Shown one piece after another: positions 60,455-64,000 of a DNA stretch of 64,000 bases. The stretch comes from the human T2T-CHM13v2.0 reference genome, Homo sapiens. The notes below the pieces were generated by a model. That model did no database searches and was not told the origin of the DNA. It was given only the letters and a program-made list of their open reading frames with translations. The position numbers were made by a program, and so were the translations under genes. Position 1 is the stretch's first letter, and each line of letters begins with the position of its first letter. The stretch is taken from the NCBI GenBank assembly GCA_009914755.4, contig CP086569.2:14016001-14080000 (forward strand). The letters run 5' to 3'.

Positions 60455-60900
60455 CTTGGAGACCCCAATACAGTGGTGCTAGAGGAATTAAAGACACACA
60501 CACAGAAATATAGTGTGTGAAGTGGGAAATCAGGGGTCTCACAGCCTTCAGAGCTGAGAGCCCCAAACAGAGATTTACCCACATATTTATTGACAGCAAG
60601 CCAGTGATAAGCATTGTTTCTATAGGTTATAGATTAACTAAAAGTATTCCTCACAGGAAACAGAGGGATGGGCTGAAACAAAGGGATGGACTTCGGCTAG
60701 TTATCTGCAGTAGAAACATGTCCTTAAGGCACGGGTCGCTCATGCTATTGTTTGTGGCTTAGGAATGCCTTTAAGTGGTTTTCTGTCCCATTTGGGCCAG
60801 GCGTTCCTTGCCCTCATTCCAGAAAACCCACGACCTTCAGCGTGGGTGTTATGGCCATCATGAACATGTCACAGTGCTGAGAGATTTTGTTTATGGCCAG
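60455..60900 (-). repeat. HERV-K-type (class II) 3' LTR of the provirus fragment to its right. Related to the solo LTR at 15983-16565.
   Basis: Lies immediately downstream (in the proviral sense) of the env stop at 60903. The antisense AATAAA is at ~60590 (+ strand atttattgacagcaag). Homologous to the 16 kb LTR over >250 bp. Confidence 0.6.
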
Positions 60901-60902
60901 AT

Positions 60903-61343
60903 TTAGGGCCAGTTTATAACCAGATTTGGGGGCCTATCCCCACCATGTCCCCCTTCTTGTTTTTTCAAAGTGACAAAAGCAAAGGCAGCTTTGTCATGGT
61001 GAGTTACTTCTTGCAAGAGTTGGGATCCGCATCTGCAGACCATACAAAGAACACAGATTAAAAACACAATCATCATTGAAACCACAGAGCTTCCAAGTGA
61101 TTTTATCAATTTTAATGGGTTACTAGCTGTTAATCTGTCTGCAGCTCTAGTTCCTGGCATTAAGGTCAGGTGTGCCTGGGATGCCTTAAATATTTGTTCT
61201 TTTAATTTTGCCATATCCAAAGACAAGTTTGTACAGTGTCCTTCTGGATGGTTTTTTATTCTTTCCCAAATTTTTATCTTATTAAGAGTCATTAATAGTT
61301 TCCACAAATCCTTATGTTTAGCTCTTACTGTGGGCCACATCAT
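60903..61343 (-). pseudogene. env: HERV-K-like env TM C-terminal portion (membrane-spanning and cytoplasmic tail). Most of SU and the TM ectodomain is deleted.
   Basis: ORF 60903..61343 (...LSLDMAKLKEQIFKASQAHLTLMPGTRAADRL...SVVSMMIVFLICVLCMVCRCGSQLL...) resembles the HERV-K Env ...[29 protein letters not shown]...[20 protein letters not shown].... It lies only ~350 bp from the env N-terminus. Confidence 0.6.
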
Positions 61344-61688
61344 TGAGATTGAGGTGCCACTATACTGCCATGCTTCCAGATAATAGAAACTCTTGCCATA
61401 TTTCTTACTATTTCTACCATCTGACCATTTTGTTTAGACTAGCTGAACATAGTGTGGCCATGGCATGCAGACTGAGAGGTGCAATTCAAGCTAAACATCC
61501 CCTCAGTGGATCAATCAATGATGATTCCATAGGAATTGTTGTGCAGCACCTCTGCCTGTTCTGCAGTGCAATCTTCCTAAACAAGTATGTTCATTATTTC
61601 TGGCAAGATCCAATTGTGTTTACAAATAAGTTTTTGGGGGCAGTATGCCTCAATTATAGGAGCAGATTTATTATGGTAAATACTGAGA

Positions 61689-62054
61689 TTAGAAAGCATG
61701 TGTAACTGTGTCAGAGTGATTACATCCAGGCATTATTGCCAGCCAAGATTGATAAATATGCCCAATAATATACTTGTTCTCTGTGTCAGCACTTGTTGAA
61801 GGGATACTCATGACAGTGGTGATCACCGCTATCATAGCTACCATTAAATTACTCATTGTGACTGGTTGTCCTGCTTTCCTCAGATTTTCTTCTGCCATCT
61901 GTGACAGCTTCTTGATCTGTCCCCAGGTAGGTGGCTGTGTTCGATGGGTGTTGCTCATGACAGTTGGGATCCTCCGCAATGTCAGTCTCAACATGGCTGC
62001 AACTGGAGGGTCCTTGGGATCCTCCTGGAATCTCTTCTTCAGCATCTGGCTCAT
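61689..62054 (-). pseudogene. env: HERV-K-like env N-terminus (signal / Rec-Np9-type leader region), overlapping the end of pol
   Basis: ORF 61689..62054 (...PPTWGQIKKLSQMAEENLRKAGQPVTMSNLMVAMIAVITTVMSIPSTSA...) resembles the HERV-K Env N-terminus (...PPTWAQLKKLTQLA...[21 protein letters not shown]...). Confidence 0.6.
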
Positions 62055-64000
62055 GATAAGGTTTCAGGTGTCTTGATGGTACCATCAAAATCGGCTGTTG
62101 ATTCAGTCCTGGAGAAGCACAAGCAGAAACTCTACCCCAACTTATTATTTTACCTATTTCGCAACTTTTTGTTATTGGATCTCTCCACCAAACGAGTTGT
62201 TCTGCTTCTGTCTTTGCAGCTGGTTTCTGTAGATACTGTTCAGCTGTTGATAGCATCTGGCCTTTAGGCAGGCTCAAACAATTTATGGTCAATAATGCTA
62301 GATTCAATTGCATATGCAGTGTCTCGTAGTATCTGTTTTCCTCCTTTTGCTTTTGAAACTGCTGTTTCAGGGGGAGATTCATTCTTTCTACTGTGGCTTG
62401 TCCTTGAGAATTATATGGGATGCCAGTAAAGTGGCTAATATTTCATACAGAGAAAAATGTAGCCAGAAGTTGGCTAGTATAGCCTGGGGCATTATCTGTT
62501 TTGATAGAAGCTGGAATGCCCATCACCACAAAACACTGCAAAAGGTGACATTTAACACTGGCAGAAGACTCTCCTGATTGGCATGTAGCCCAGACAAAGT
62601 GAGAAAAGGTATCCACACATACATGTACATAAGCTAGTCTCCCAAATGAGGGAAGATGTGTGACATCCCTTTGCCAAAGAGAGTTAGGTTCCAATACTTG
62701 ATAATTAACTCCTCCCATAAAAGATAAGCAATGCACCATTTGGCAAGTTGGGCATTGCTGAATAATGGCTTCAGCTTCTTCCCAGGTAATGCTGTATCTG
62801 CATTTGAGACCAGAGGCAATAACATGGGTTAAACTGTGAAAGTGTCGGCATTAGATATTGCAGTAGCAACTAGGCGATCAAGCCATTTGATTCCTTGCAG
62901 TCAAAGGTCCTGGAAGAGGTGTTTGAGCCCTAATATGAGTGAGTAAAAAGGGTGCATTCTACTCCTAACTGCTTTAATTGGGTAGAAAATCACCAGTTGT
63001 TCATCTGTATGAAATCATAACTGAGCATTTTCAATTAATTGTGTGGAGTGAACCACATATGAAGAATCAGAAATCACATTAATAGGCATATAAAAAGCAG
63101 TCAATACCTCAACTACAGCTACAAGCTCTGCTTTTTGAACTGAGGTATAGGGTGTCTGAAAAACTTTTCCTTTTGAAGCAGAATAAGATTAGACCCATCT
63201 ATAAAAACATTTTCAGCACCTTCAATTAGTTTAAATTTAGTTATTTTAGGGAGAATCCAATTAGTTAATATCAAAAATTGAAATAATTTTGTTTTAGGAA
63301 AATGATTATCGAGAACACCCACAAAGTCAGCTAAATGGGTTTGCCAAGTAAGACTATTTATGAAAGCTTACTGTATTTGTGCCTTCGTGAGAGGGATAAT
63401 AATTTTTCCAGGATCATATCCATGTAATTTAACATTCTGAGTTCTCCTATTTCTTATCATAGTAGCAATTTGATCCAAATAAGGAGTTAGAGTCTGTGAA
63501 TTAGTATGTGGAAGAAAAAGCCATTCTACAAAGTCCACTCTAGGACAATAACACCAGTAGGTGAATGCTGAGTTGGAAAAAATCAGCAAATCTAGAGTCT
63601 TCTCTGGATGTATTCATGTGAGCTTTATAGACTTGCTTTTGAATCAGCTGTAAGTCTGCCTCAGCCCCCTTTGTTAATTGCAGAGGGCTAGTTAGACTAG
63701 GATCTCCTCTAAGGGGAGAAAATAGATTACTCATGGCATAGATAGCAATGCCTAGAGCAGGATATATCCAATTAATGTCCCCTAGTAATTTTTGAAAGTC
63801 ACTTAATGTTTTCAACTGATACCTACATATGGTTAATTTTTGTGGCACTATTGTAGTGTCATTTACTAAGGTCCCCAAGTAGGAGTAAGGAGTAGTAGTC
63901 TGCATTTTGTCAGCAGCTATAATTAAACCAGCACAATAAATCAAATTTTGCAAGTGCTTATAACATTGGAGTAATATTTCTCGAGTGGGGGCAGCACAAA

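Larger units (their letters stand above)
60903..64000 (-). mobile_element. HERV-K/HML-like (betaretrovirus-like) provirus internal region, truncated by the window edge: RT connection-RNase H-IN, env N-terminus, an internal env deletion, and the env TM C-terminus
   Basis: Minus ORFs 63540..63953 (...SDFQKLLGDINWIYPALGI...), 63368..63589 and 63119..63322 (RT/RNase H). 62443..62739 (IN core WQRDVTHLPSFGRLAYVHVCVDTFSHFVWATCQSGES...IKTDNAPGYTS). 61849..62382 (IN C-terminus MQLNLALLT...WWRDP...VPSRHLKP). All are collinear with my recollection of HERV-K pol. Confidence 0.8.

Overview
This is primate, most likely human, genomic DNA: a repeat-dense intronic or intergenic stretch, not a prokaryotic locus. 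I see no support here for an undescribed biological system. By eye roughly two thirds of the window is interspersed repeat.

The dominant structure is a nested transposon pile-up. An old full-length L1 lies on the minus strand (~430-18420). It is split by four clusters of minus-strand Alus, by a ~9.7 kb gammaretrovirus-like (class I) HERV provirus on the plus strand (3326-13018) and by a HERV-K-type solo LTR. The provirus has two ~485-bp LTRs and recognisable gag, pro, pol and env remnants.

A second, younger full-length L1PA element (minus strand, 21193-27228) carries a perfect 17-bp target-site duplication; both of its ORFs are disrupted.

The middle of the window (27-45 kb) is old L1M fragments interleaved with about 15 Alus, several with clear TSDs. 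It also holds a (TG)n microsatellite and small tandem duplications.

The right end (60455-64000) is a betaretrovirus-like (HERV-K/HML) provirus fragment on the minus strand. It comprises RT/RNase H/IN, an env gene with a large internal deletion, and the 3' LTR. That LTR is related to the solo LTR at ~16 kb.

The only candidate host-gene signal is a set of minus-strand segments at 50660-52918. They have canonical GT/AG splice motifs and a Q/P/S-rich plus coiled-coil coding potential, but I could not identify the gene and the reading frames are not fully consistent.

Other features are an (ATATT)n block, a ~30-bp-unit minisatellite, a G14 tract, an inverted 29-bp duplication inside an Alu, and an unidentified ~400-bp insertion splitting another Alu.
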